This document shows, piece by piece, positions 27,524 to 36,083 of a stretch of 64,000 nt of DNA (its first letter is position 1; each line of letters starts with the position of its first letter). The stretch spans positions 545,653-609,652 of the forward strand of contig JBGAVD010000002.1 in assembly GCA_044228285.1 (NCBI GenBank), in the 5' to 3' direction. The notes beneath the pieces were generated by a model. It had not been told where the DNA came from, ran no database searches, and saw nothing but the letters and a program-made list of their open reading frames with translations. This DNA comes from Chlorobiota bacterium. Its GTDB lineage: Bacteria; Bacteroidota; Ignavibacteria; Kapaibacteriales; NICIL-2. A program made the position numbers and the translations under genes.

Positions 27524-29404
27524 TTAGAATATCGTATATAGTATCAATAGTGCGAGAACTGTTCCCACAACGACGGCAGCAAAGCCGAAGAGGCGCAAGC
27601 CAATTTCTACTGGCAGTGGAGTAGGTTTGGTGACCACGTAGTCCTTTGTGTTGCCGGTTTCATTGTAGCGTTTCCATTGGTCCATTCGTTCATGTCGCAT
27701 TTCCTCCTCACTGATTTGACCATTGAAGATGACGAAATCCATAGGGAATTTCTCTACTCGTAGGTGCGTGTTAAAGAAGTGAATCGTAAAGATGAATCCT
27801 ACAGCGAGGAGTGCTTCGTCGGAGTGGATGATGGTTGCTACATTAAACACCCAACCAGGTAAAAAACCTCCAAAGAACTCAGGCATCCATAGTATGAGAC
27901 CACTTGAGCCGATAACGCCGACGCCCCAGAATACAGCCAGAAAGTCAAACTTCTCCCAATATGTCCAACGATCAAACGTTGGCTTTGGCCCTTTGAAAAA
28001 GAACCACTTAAACATTGCGATCATGTCGCGAAGATCGCGACGGTTTGGAAACAGGCTATCAGGTCCAAACAAACGCTGCAACATGGTCTCTTTCGGCGCA
28101 CGCTTCGTGATGAGGAAGCGTATACTCATGCCGAGTGTGACAAAGAAGTATCCGAAGGTGACAACGGCTGCCAGACGGTGGATGAGACCAGCCGAGGCAA
28201 CACCGCCGAGAAGGTCCATGAGTGCATGTCCCCATTGGGTCTCGTTGAACTTCAAGGGTAGACCAGTTATAGCAAGGGTTAAGAAACTTGTGATGACAAA
28301 AATGTGGAGGATGATGTGTATTGGACGGAAACGACGATACACTTTCTGCGCTGCATGCTGTTTTGTTACTTCGGTGGCTGCGCCACCGAAGAGGGCTGCA
28401 TTGGCAAGATGCTTCTTCTCAACAAAGCCTCGATACATCCATAGTAATGAGTGCAACCAGAAGAATAGAAACGTACCAGCCAGTAATCCATTCATGCTAA
28501 TGGTCACCCAAAAGAGCAGAGGATTGGCTTGTCGGTTCCCAGGTTCAGCATGCGGAAGGTATTTGGCAAAGCCGTTACCTGCATCCTTATGACACTGCCG
28601 ACAGGTCGTTGTGAGGTTGTTAGGATGTATCGATGAATGAGGATCATCCTTTGGGAGAATCTTGTGCGACTCATGGCAATCACTACAACCAGCAACTTGT
28701 TCAGGATGACCTAGGCGAACGTTCTTGCCGTGGTAGCTTTCGAAATACGAAATTGGTGCGATTGTGGTGACTTTGTTACGCGCCATTTTATCGGCATCAG
28801 CATGACACTTTAAACACGCTTGAGTATGAAACATGCGGCCTTGCTGGACGTTGTCTATGCGATCGATGGCGTGCAAACCATGGCAATCCACACAGCCCGG
28901 AGCATCCTTACTGCCTTCTTTTATAGCTTTGAAGTGACTCGATTCGAAGAAGGACGATTGCTTGTCATGACATTGAGTGCAGAGTTGGGCAGTGGCAATT
29001 TTGTCGTTCTTGATGGAGCGTAAGCCGTGTATCTCCGAGTGACACTTAGCGCAGGTAATTGGCAGACGTTTTGAGTTGTGTACGCTTTTCTCGTGATCGT
29101 TGACCACAGAAGAGTGGCAGCTCACACACTGTGTTGGCTTGAATGAAGCAACGCACTTCTTGTCTGTACCCTCCGCTGCAAATGGAGCCTTAGTGTGATC
29201 TTCGATATGGCATGCTGCGCATTGCAGTGACTTGTGTACTGAGCTGTTATATAAAGCAGAGTACTTATGATCACCATGGCATTTCTGACAATCTGAGTTT
29301 GACTGCGTATGTGTTTGAGTGTTCTGCGCACGCGTATTGGTACCGCTCATTACAAGTATCACCAGGCAGGCGGCTAGTTTCGAGAGTTTGGATAGTACTG
29401 ACAT
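27524..29404 (-). CDS. Nine-heme c-type cytochrome fused to a membrane dihaem cytochrome b (FdnI/HydC-like) domain. CbcL-like quinol oxidoreductase.
   Basis: Signal peptide MSVLSKLSKLAACLVILVMSG (internal ATG at 29404; the ORF is open to 29491). Nine CxxCH motifs (CQKCH, CAACH, CVSCH, CAKCH, CTQCH, CVDCH, CLKCH, CSDCH, CRQCH). The C-terminal ~330 aa have at least four hydrophobic helices with conserved His, resembling the b-type cytochrome of formate dehydrogenase or hydrogenase. Confidence 0.8.
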   Translation of the reverse strand: MSVLSKLSKLAACLVILVMSGTNTRAQNTQTHTQSNSDCQKCHGDHKYSALYNSSVHKSLQCAACHIEDHTKAPFAAEGTDKKCVASFKPTQCVSCHSSVVNDHEKSVHNSKRLPITCAKCHSEIHGLRSIKNDKIATAQLCTQCHDKQSSFFESSHFKAIKEGSKDAPGCVDCHGLHAIDRIDNVQQGRMFHTQACLKCHADADKMARNKVTTIAPISYFESYHGKNVRLGHPEQVAGCSDCHESHKILPKDDPHSSIHPNNLTTTCRQCHKDAGNGFAKYLPHAEPGNRQANPLLFWVTISMNGLLAGTFLFFWLHSLLWMYRGFVEKKHLANAALFGGAATEVTKQHAAQKVYRRFRPIHIILHIFVITSFLTLAITGLPLKFNETQWGHALMDLLGGVASAGLIHRLAAVVTFGYFFVTLGMSIRFLITKRAPKETMLQRLFGPDSLFPNRRDLRDMIAMFKWFFFKGPKPTFDRWTYWEKFDFLAVFWGVGVIGSSGLILWMPEFFGGFLPGWVFNVATIIHSDEALLAVGFIFTIHFFNTHLRVEKFPMDFVIFNGQISEEEMRHERMDQWKRYNETGNTKDYVVTKPTPLPVEIGLRLFGFAAVVVGTVLALLILYTIF

Positions 29405-29429
29405 TGTGCAAATCCAGAATGAATAATGT

Positions 29430-30626
29430 TTAGCCGCAGAGTCCGCCCGCGCGTTTCTTGGAAGCAATCTTAATTTTCTGTACGTATGCATCTTTCGGGA
29501 ACTGCTTTAAGATCTCCGATGGAGGTGCTGCAATGTTCACTTTGTGTCCAGCTACGGTTTTGCCGGCAAAGAGTGAATTCCAGTTCGTTAGGCCTTTCTC
29601 AAGGATGTAGAGGTTTGCAACACCTTGAACCTTTAGATACTCCCAAGCTTTAACTGCTACAGTTTCATTGTCTGAAACAAGGACAACTACGCCTTGCGCT
29701 GGAAGTTGTGCGTACGGTGATACTTTCTTCGCATCGAGAAGATCCTCGAGAGTTACGTTGAGTGCACCGTTCAGATGAAACTTCTCAAACTCATCCGCAC
29801 CACGCAGGTCTAGACACACAAGCTTGATACTTGCTTCATTGTAGGTCTTCACGTATTCGAGCGGATGTATAAACACAGCCTTTGAGCGGAGTAGTGGCGA
29901 GTAGGTGTTCTGCATGATTTCCCACTTGCGCACTGGGTCGGGTTGGCCTATGAGCCAGACGCATGCAGCTGCTAGAACGAGTGCGCCGGAACCCAGCTTA
30001 TAGGATCGTTTCGAGATTGTCCACGACATCGGTGTGTCAGTGCCACGATTTCGGAAATACTCTTCTGTTTTCTCCGCAGCGTAGAACATGACGAGTGCCA
30101 TGATCGTGACGCCGAACACGGTAGCACCAACTGACCATCCAAGCCATTCATTGAGGATGTAGCGATCGGTGAACGAGGAGTACCAAAAGTCTTCGAAGCT
30201 TGACAGAGACTCTCCGAAGATTCCTGCACCAATGACTGTTCCGATGAGAAAGGCGAGGCCGTCGATCTTGAAGCTTGCAGTTGCGACGACTGAAGTTCCA
30301 GGACAGTAGCCTCCGATGATGAAGCCAACTCCCATGATCAAGCCACCAATGATTCCTGGCCAGAGAAATGTCTGATTAACCGATAGTTGTGAGAAGTCTA
30401 AGTAGCCCAATCCCGCTGCGCCAAACGTAAGTAAACAAGCCACGATGATGCCCGTGAACATAGTTTTCAGAACCGTCATATCTTTTAGATAGAACTGCGC
30501 TGCGAGACGTCGGGAGTCTCCAAAGCCTGCAATCTCCAGGGCGAAGCCGAAGGCTGAGCCTATTAAAAAGAAGACAAAGTATCCGCCTGCTTTACCCAGA
30601 ATGCTAATGATGTCGATAGGTAACAT
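29430..30626 (-). CDS. YeeE/YedE (TsuA-type sulfur/thiosulfate transporter) half fused to a C-terminal rhodanese-like domain
   Basis: GYCPGT motif in a TM helix, a YeeE/YedE signature. After one further TM helix there is a ~100-aa rhodanese-fold-like region (...VVVLVSDNETVAVKAWEYLKVQGVANLYILEKGLTNW). The start is ATG 30626 (GGAG 11 nt upstream) or TTG 30641. Confidence 0.75.
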   Translation of the reverse strand: MLPIDIISILGKAGGYFVFFLIGSAFGFALEIAGFGDSRRLAAQFYLKDMTVLKTMFTGIIVACLLTFGAAGLGYLDFSQLSVNQTFLWPGIIGGLIMGVGFIIGGYCPGTSVVATASFKIDGLAFLIGTVIGAGIFGESLSSFEDFWYSSFTDRYILNEWLGWSVGATVFGVTIMALVMFYAAEKTEEYFRNRGTDTPMSWTISKRSYKLGSGALVLAAACVWLIGQPDPVRKWEIMQNTYSPLLRSKAVFIHPLEYVKTYNEASIKLVCLDLRGADEFEKFHLNGALNVTLEDLLDAKKVSPYAQLPAQGVVVLVSDNETVAVKAWEYLKVQGVANLYILEKGLTNWNSLFAGKTVAGHKVNIAAPPSEILKQFPKDAYVQKIKIASKKRAGGLCG

Positions 30627-30651
30627 TGTCGTCTGCTCCAAGTGTGATTAA

Positions 30652-31173
30652 TTAGTCAGCCCACAAACGGCGAACGAAGTACGCGACGGCATATCCGCCG
30701 GCAAAGACGCTGAACATGAATGCCCAGCTACCCAGAGATAGAACGGCACCTCCGGACAGTGCCTGACCTGATGTGCATCCTCTCGCTAAACGAGCACCAT
30801 AGCCCATAATGACACCTCCAACTAACGCTGCTATGATTCGTTGTGTATTGGTGATGCGTGCACCTTTAAAAATCTCTACCTTAAGTCGGCCATTGAAAAA
30901 GGCCGATGCCATACCTCCAGCAAAGGTTCCAAGCAACAAGAGCACGCTAGCATGATCGAGAGGATTGCGGTCGCCTGCTCCCATTGCCGCGAATGTTCCG
31001 ATGGCATCCACATGTGAAGACCAAACGATTTTCGTGAGCGCAACCTGAATACGACTAATAGCGCCAGAAGCGCCCAGACCACTATGGGTCAGCGCGAAGG
31101 CGCTGAAAAGCACCACTCCAAGAATGCTTCCAGCGAAGTACGGGTTCGTAACGGGTTTAGGAATCTTTTTCAT
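30652..31173 (-). CDS. YeeE/YedE family protein (other half of a split TsuA-like transporter)
   Basis: ATG start. 173 aa with 4–5 hydrophobic helices and a GCTSGQA motif, the second YeeE/YedE Cys motif. 10–25 bp from the neighbouring genes. Confidence 0.75.
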   Translation of the reverse strand: MKKIPKPVTNPYFAGSILGVVLFSAFALTHSGLGASGAISRIQVALTKIVWSSHVDAIGTFAAMGAGDRNPLDHASVLLLLGTFAGGMASAFFNGRLKVEIFKGARITNTQRIIAALVGGVIMGYGARLARGCTSGQALSGGAVLSLGSWAFMFSVFAGGYAVAYFVRRLWAD

Positions 31174-31193
31174 AATATTCTTAGCTCCTAGAA

Positions 31194-32621
31194 TTATTTC
31201 GAAGTCACTTGGACTGGATCACGACTATACCCGAGTTCTTTCCACTTGAAGCGACCATTGTCTGAATGACACTGTTGACAACTGAGTGCCTTGCTCTGCG
31301 TGGTAACCATGTGGGTAATAGGCCAGTACATTTTGGTTGGTGTAAAACCAAAATTGCCACTATATGTTAAGCCAGCGAGTGCTGAACCCTTCTTTAAGGC
31401 AGCAGCCCAGTCGAACTTAGTCCAGTAACCACCTTCTCCACTAGTGAGTGGTGGTACGAGTATGCCATTCACAAGATCAAATGGTTGTTCAGCGAAGTGA
31501 ACCTTGAAAGGCCAGATCTTAGCTTTAGCATTTGAGCGACTACCAATGGGTTTATTGATGTGGTGTACGGAATCGGCATCGAGCTTGTCGCCAAGTATGT
31601 AACGCTCCATCTTACCTGTGTACCAAGCATAAGTTGGTACTACGTCTTCCTCGTACTGAAACTCACCTTTAATCTTCAAGTACTCGTGCGGATTGTCTTT
31701 TCGCGTGGAGTCTCCCGCCTTCGACCAATCCCAAGCCATCTTGGTAGGGAGCTTGCGCGCGAACTCGGGGATATGACAGGTTTGACAAGCGATGCGCAAA
31801 GAATGCTGATTGAGGCGATGGTCTGCGTGTGGTTTCTCTGTGTGACAGTTCTCGCAACCAAATCGCGCAACCTTTGTTTCGTCGGAGTAGGTAGCATTCA
31901 CTTTTCCCGGGACAACGTGGCGCTCGGTCTTGTGACAATCCACACATTGGAAGTTGAGCTTACCCATATGATAATCCAGCTCCTGATTCGCATTCAACAA
32001 GGATTCATCCAAATCTCCGTGCTTAACACCCATACCACCTCCGCCACTGAAGTGACAGGTTCCACAGTTTTCGCGAGTTGGCCGATGAACGCTACCAGCC
32101 ACAAGTTTTAAATCCACATTCTTGTTTGGCATTCCACTACGACCTTTTGAATAGCTACCGGATCCGTCATGGCAAATCAAACAGTCGACGTTCTCCTTCT
32201 TGCTGAAATCAAAGTCTGCGTTGTCGAATCCATAGCCAGCATGGCAGGCGGAGCATGAGATCCAGTTACCAATCACACTTATGCAGAAGTTATTGACTTG
32301 GTTTTTCTTGCCTAATGGAATGGTCTTGCCATTGCGTACGGCATCACCACTAATCCAGGTCCAGTGTGCAGTTTTCATGACTTCGTCTGCTGCCTTCGGG
32401 TGACACTTCAGACAGCTCATGGTCACCTTCTGCGGAGAGTCAATGGAGTCACGATAGTAGGCACTATGATCTAAATGCGGAATCTCGCGTCCTTGCAGTG
32501 GATTCAATGCCACTGGCTTGATTGGTGTCTCAGTTCTCGCACCTCTATTGCAAGCGCTGCTCGTGAACAAGAGAACTACGGTACAACCAAACAATAGTAC
32601 GCGTGCAAGAACCGACATCAT
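31194..32621 (-). CDS. Octaheme c-type cytochrome (octaheme tetrathionate reductase/OTR-family-like)
   Basis: Eight CxxCH motifs (CLKCH, CSACH, CLICH, CGTCH, CVDCH, CENCH, CQTCH, CQQCH) in ~475 aa. Signal or lipoprotein-like peptide MMSVLARVLLFGCTVVLLFTSSAC. The start is 32621/32618, with the ORF open to 32675. Confidence 0.8.
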   Translation of the reverse strand: MMSVLARVLLFGCTVVLLFTSSACNRGARTETPIKPVALNPLQGREIPHLDHSAYYRDSIDSPQKVTMSCLKCHPKAADEVMKTAHWTWISGDAVRNGKTIPLGKKNQVNNFCISVIGNWISCSACHAGYGFDNADFDFSKKENVDCLICHDGSGSYSKGRSGMPNKNVDLKLVAGSVHRPTRENCGTCHFSGGGGMGVKHGDLDESLLNANQELDYHMGKLNFQCVDCHKTERHVVPGKVNATYSDETKVARFGCENCHTEKPHADHRLNQHSLRIACQTCHIPEFARKLPTKMAWDWSKAGDSTRKDNPHEYLKIKGEFQYEEDVVPTYAWYTGKMERYILGDKLDADSVHHINKPIGSRSNAKAKIWPFKVHFAEQPFDLVNGILVPPLTSGEGGYWTKFDWAAALKKGSALAGLTYSGNFGFTPTKMYWPITHMVTTQSKALSCQQCHSDNGRFKWKELGYSRDPVQVTSK

Positions 32622-33381
32622 TCGCTCTCGGTATGTTGGTCGGAACTCTTGTTGATTTATCATGCGTGTTCTCATAAGTCACCTTTGTTGGAAGGGGAGT
32701 GTCTTTGATTCATGCTGGTCTTCGAAAGAGGCATGTTATCGCCATGGAGATGGGTCATGACATTCTCACGAATGCCAGTTTTCAGATTCATAGCAGGGCG
32801 TTGCCCGCTTGTCTGCGATCCCGATGGGTAAATGCTCGTTAGACTTCGCAGTGTTGTTGAAAATACCTGTGCACTAAAAGCGGGGTGCGAATTCACTCGG
32901 CAAGGATCTGTTGCGGCGAATAATAGCTCGTGTTGATATCTTCTGAGCCTTCTTTTGCTGTTTAGGGAGAGTATGGGAAACGGAACCTTCATTTCATCTT
33001 TCCGGGCTCGAGTTTGTAAGCAGAACTATCGACCAGAAAACTAATTAAGATAATTTTGTCCTAAAATATGCAATAGGTCAGAAAAGAACGAAGAAAAGTT
33101 TTCAATAGCAAGTCTGCAGCATCGAACACCCGGGTAGCCGAGACGCCATTCTGCCGAACTTAGATTGTGAAGTCGAGCATACATTGCTGCTCTGTGTAAC
33201 GAAACATGGGGTCGCTGGCTTCTAAGTGCTTATAAAGATAGACACATAGTTGCCTTGAAAAGCTTGGTGCTGAACGTGAACAGGTCTCTTACTCATTTTA
33301 CGAGTGTGTAACTGAGATTGAATGGACTATGCGAATTCAACCTCTAGTTTTCATTATCAGATTGCACATCACAAAGTTCTT

Positions 33382-33432
33382 GCGTAACCATTCAGTTACG
33401 TGTTATATTGCTACGCGTAACCGATCGGTTAC
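33382..33432. promoter_or_regulatory. Two adjacent inverted repeats sharing GTAAC half-sites (CGTAAC-N6-GTTACG and GTAACC-GATC-GGTTAC). Candidate ArsR-family operator.
   Basis: Read directly. A perfect 16-bp palindrome GTAACCGATCGGTTAC sits at 33417–33432, 33 bp before the arsR-like ATG. A second IR at 33382–33399 has the same half-sites. They lie in the divergent region between the regulator and the cytochrome operon. Confidence 0.5.
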
Positions 33433-33464
33433 TGGAAAGTTCGAGATTAGAAGCTAGGGCATCA

Positions 33465-33830
33465 ATGCGACGTGACGTCTTTCAGGCAATAGCAGATCCA
33501 AACCGTAGGGCTATTCTTGCGGAGTTGGTGAAGCGGCCACTCAATGTTCAGGCAGTAGCGAAGCAGTTCTCGATAAGTCGTCCAGCTGTATCAAAACACA
33601 TGAAGATATTGGCTGAATGTGGCCTGGTGGTCTATACTCAGAAGGGACGTGAGCGATACTGCGAGGTACAGATACAGAAACTCAATGAGGTGTCTGAATG
33701 GGTGCAACAATACCGCGAATGGTGGTCTCAAAGTATGGACTCTTTGGATGCCTACTTACAGGAAGTGCAGAAGAAAGATGCAGTGGGCCCGAGCTCGAAC
33801 AGAGAAGCTGATGCCGTGAATGAGAGCTAG
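33465..33830 (+). CDS. ArsR/SmtB-family transcriptional regulator
   Basis: HTH region VFQAIADPNRRAILAELVKRPLNVQAVAKQFSISRPAVSKHMKILAECGLV is typical of ArsR-family wHTH. ATG at 33465. A TTG at 33408 would overlap the palindrome. Confidence 0.8.
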   Translation: MRRDVFQAIADPNRRAILAELVKRPLNVQAVAKQFSISRPAVSKHMKILAECGLVVYTQKGRERYCEVQIQKLNEVSEWVQQYREWWSQSMDSLDAYLQEVQKKDAVGPSSNREADAVNES

Positions 33831-33994
33831 GAAACAACATGCCTTTGGCAAACGCAGATATGCCATCATACTCGTAGCACGGCGAGAATGAGCATCTGCC
33901 AGTCCCTCGCAAAGAGCAGCTTTCGTGTTTGCTGAGCCTCGAGTAACTAATGAGAATCGCTAATCAAGACCTCTTAACATAAACACAATAAAGT

Positions 33995-34534
33995 ATGAGC
34001 AATAGCCAAACCACCGTAGAAATTCTGGCAGGTGATCTGATCATGAAGCGCCGTATTGCAGCGCGCCGCGAACTAGTCTATGCTGCGTGGACCCAAGCGC
34101 AACAGCTGGCGCGCTGGTTTGGTCCACACCACGTGGTTATATCTGAATGTTCTTTTGATGGATATGTAGGCGGACAAATACGTATTGTGATGCTGGCGTC
34201 TGACGGCAGTCTTTACCCAATGAATGGAACGATCGTTGAGCTCAGCGAGAATGAACGACTGGTGATGAACTTTGATCTTAGAGATCATCCACCAGAGTGG
34301 CACAGCATGATGGCTGAACAGTATCGCGCAAACGGTGGAAACGGAGATATGACGCCGATCGTTCGCATCGAAGTGGATTTTATCGAAAGCTCCAAGCAAG
34401 GGGAGCACACGGATCTCATCATCCGACAGTGCTTCAACTCTGATCCTGAGAGTCAAACCTATCTCAAAATGGGCTCTGTTGATGGGTGGTCGCAAAGCTT
34501 TGAAAAACTCCAAGAGCTCTGTCAACAAAGCTAA
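33995..34534 (+). CDS. SRPBCC-superfamily protein (AHSA1/activator-of-Hsp90-ATPase-like domain)
   Basis: RELVYAAWTQAQQLARWFGP is typical of AHSA1-like SRPBCC proteins, which are commonly encoded next to ArsR regulators. Confidence 0.75.
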   Translation: MSNSQTTVEILAGDLIMKRRIAARRELVYAAWTQAQQLARWFGPHHVVISECSFDGYVGGQIRIVMLASDGSLYPMNGTIVELSENERLVMNFDLRDHPPEWHSMMAEQYRANGGNGDMTPIVRIEVDFIESSKQGEHTDLIIRQCFNSDPESQTYLKMGSVDGWSQSFEKLQELCQQS

Positions 34535-34687
34535 TGGACCATAGCAAACAGAAATGATGACTGTTCATATCGAGTTCGTTTCTTCTTGCGAGTACTTGTG
34601 CTCACTAATTCTGAAGCGACAAACCCAACAGTCAACGATACAATGATATTCTCAAGCAATAATGATTCACTATTAAAAATACACTTC

Positions 34688-35050
34688 ATGCTTCTCAATG
34701 ATCCTGAACTCGACAGACGTTCACTTATTAATCGCCGACAGCTCTCTGCTCCTAGAGAGTTAGTGTTTGACGCATTTACGAAATTGGAACACGTTGCTCA
34801 TTGGTATGGTCCTCGTGGCTTCACAACTACCACCGAGCATATGGATGTGCGCGTTGGAGGTGAATGGCTCTTTACCATGCACGGACCTGATGGAGTCGAC
34901 TACCCAAATCGCATTCGATACTCTAAAGTCGTACGCCCAGAGCTTCTTGAATACATCCACGACGACGCGCAAGAGCCTCCGAAACAGACTTTTCATGTTA
35001 TTGTGACCTTCGAAGTTGAAGACAGATCAAGTGGCAACCTATGCTGTTGA
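34688..35050 (+). CDS. SRPBCC-superfamily protein (AHSA1-like), possibly frameshifted at the 3' end
   Basis: RELVFDAFTKLEHVAHWYGPRGF. The ORF ends ...FEVEDRSSGNLCC. The +1 frame continues ...ATYAVEGGKQTMDKLVEYLTRIQGQKV to ~35117. The N-terminal extent is uncertain (the ORF is open to 34586). Confidence 0.65.
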   Translation: MLLNDPELDRRSLINRRQLSAPRELVFDAFTKLEHVAHWYGPRGFTTTTEHMDVRVGGEWLFTMHGPDGVDYPNRIRYSKVVRPELLEYIHDDAQEPPKQTFHVIVTFEVEDRSSGNLCC

Positions 35051-35178
35051 AGGTGGGAAGCAAACGATGGATAAATTGGTGGAATACTTGACAAGAATTC
35101 AAGGCCAGAAAGTGTAAAGAATGGTACTTCTGCTCTCTTCTCTTTTTGAGACGTGCATCTTGATGTGTTATGCGAGCT

Positions 35179-35820
35179 TTAGTGCGGTACATCGAGCGTG
35201 GATTGTGAGTTATCATCAAGGCGAGCGCGAAGCGCCGCCTTTACAATAAGCCACTCGCTGTCAATGATGCTGTAGTAGGCAGAGTTTCTCGATGTGCCAT
35301 TCTCGCGAAGCATATCGTTGCGGAGCACACCTTCAAAGCGAGCACCAATCTTCTCTATGGCTTTGCGAGATCGGGTATTAAGTTCATCCGTTTTCAGACA
35401 GACACGTAAGAGCTGTAGCTCTTCAAAGCAGTAGCTTAAGAGTAGAAGTTTGGCTTCGATGTTCAAAGCGCTACCCCAGACATCAGGGTGCATCCAAGTC
35501 CAGCCTATTTCAGCTTTGCGATGACTCGGCTGAATATCTAAAAGTCTTGTAGAACCAACGAGTGCTCCATCCGAATTGCGCTGAATCACGAGAGGAACTT
35601 GGCTGCCTCGGTCTCGCTCCCTAAAGGCATGGTCTATTTCTCGCAGAAGTATCTGAGGCTGAGAGCAATCATAGATGTAGTGCGCCCATATTCTCTTGTC
35701 TGCAGCAAGTGTCTGCAGTTCAGGGATGTGTTTTCGTTCCAAAGAACAGAGTCGCAACAAACTGCCTTGCAAAACAAGGGATGCTGGATCAGTGCGGTTG
35801 ATGGGCTGGTGTTCAGACAT
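35179..35820 (-). CDS. GNAT-family N-acetyltransferase (RimJ/RimL-like)
   Basis: The length and motifs (LRLCSLERKHIPELQTLAAD...; ...NTRSRKAIEKIGARFEGVLRND) resemble RimL-type acetyltransferases. Confidence 0.7.
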   Translation of the reverse strand: MSEHQPINRTDPASLVLQGSLLRLCSLERKHIPELQTLAADKRIWAHYIYDCSQPQILLREIDHAFRERDRGSQVPLVIQRNSDGALVGSTRLLDIQPSHRKAEIGWTWMHPDVWGSALNIEAKLLLLSYCFEELQLLRVCLKTDELNTRSRKAIEKIGARFEGVLRNDMLRENGTSRNSAYYSIIDSEWLIVKAALRARLDDNSQSTLDVPH

Positions 35821-36083
35821 GGATTAAATGAGACTGAATGGGCAAGACAAGTGCTCCAATCTAGCGCACACGATTTGTCTGCACAAGGAACACTTCAGCT
35901 TCGATACTGTTGCGCAATAGTGTTATTGATCCTCTTGTACAATGTAGCACAGTAGGCCGTGATCTTTGTGCGCATGGATCAGCTTGCGCTCTTTGTCGAA
36001 GCTCTCGCGGTATTGCAGTTGTATCTCTTCGTGTGTAAACCCGAAGAGTGCATATTTGCAGAGAACTCTCAAAGGGAATTACT

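Noticed and set aside
27792-28592. 266-aa plus-strand ORF antisense to the CbcL-like gene
   Set aside because: Basic, low-complexity composition with no motifs. It is fully embedded antisense in a strongly supported cytochrome gene.
31560-32111. 183-aa plus-strand ORF inside the octaheme cytochrome gene
   Set aside because: Antisense to a gene with eight CxxCH motifs. No features of its own.
33408-33464. Longer ArsR ORF starting at TTG 33408
   Set aside because: The extension would be translated across the perfect palindrome that looks like the operator. The ATG at 33465 gives a typical ~120-aa ArsR.
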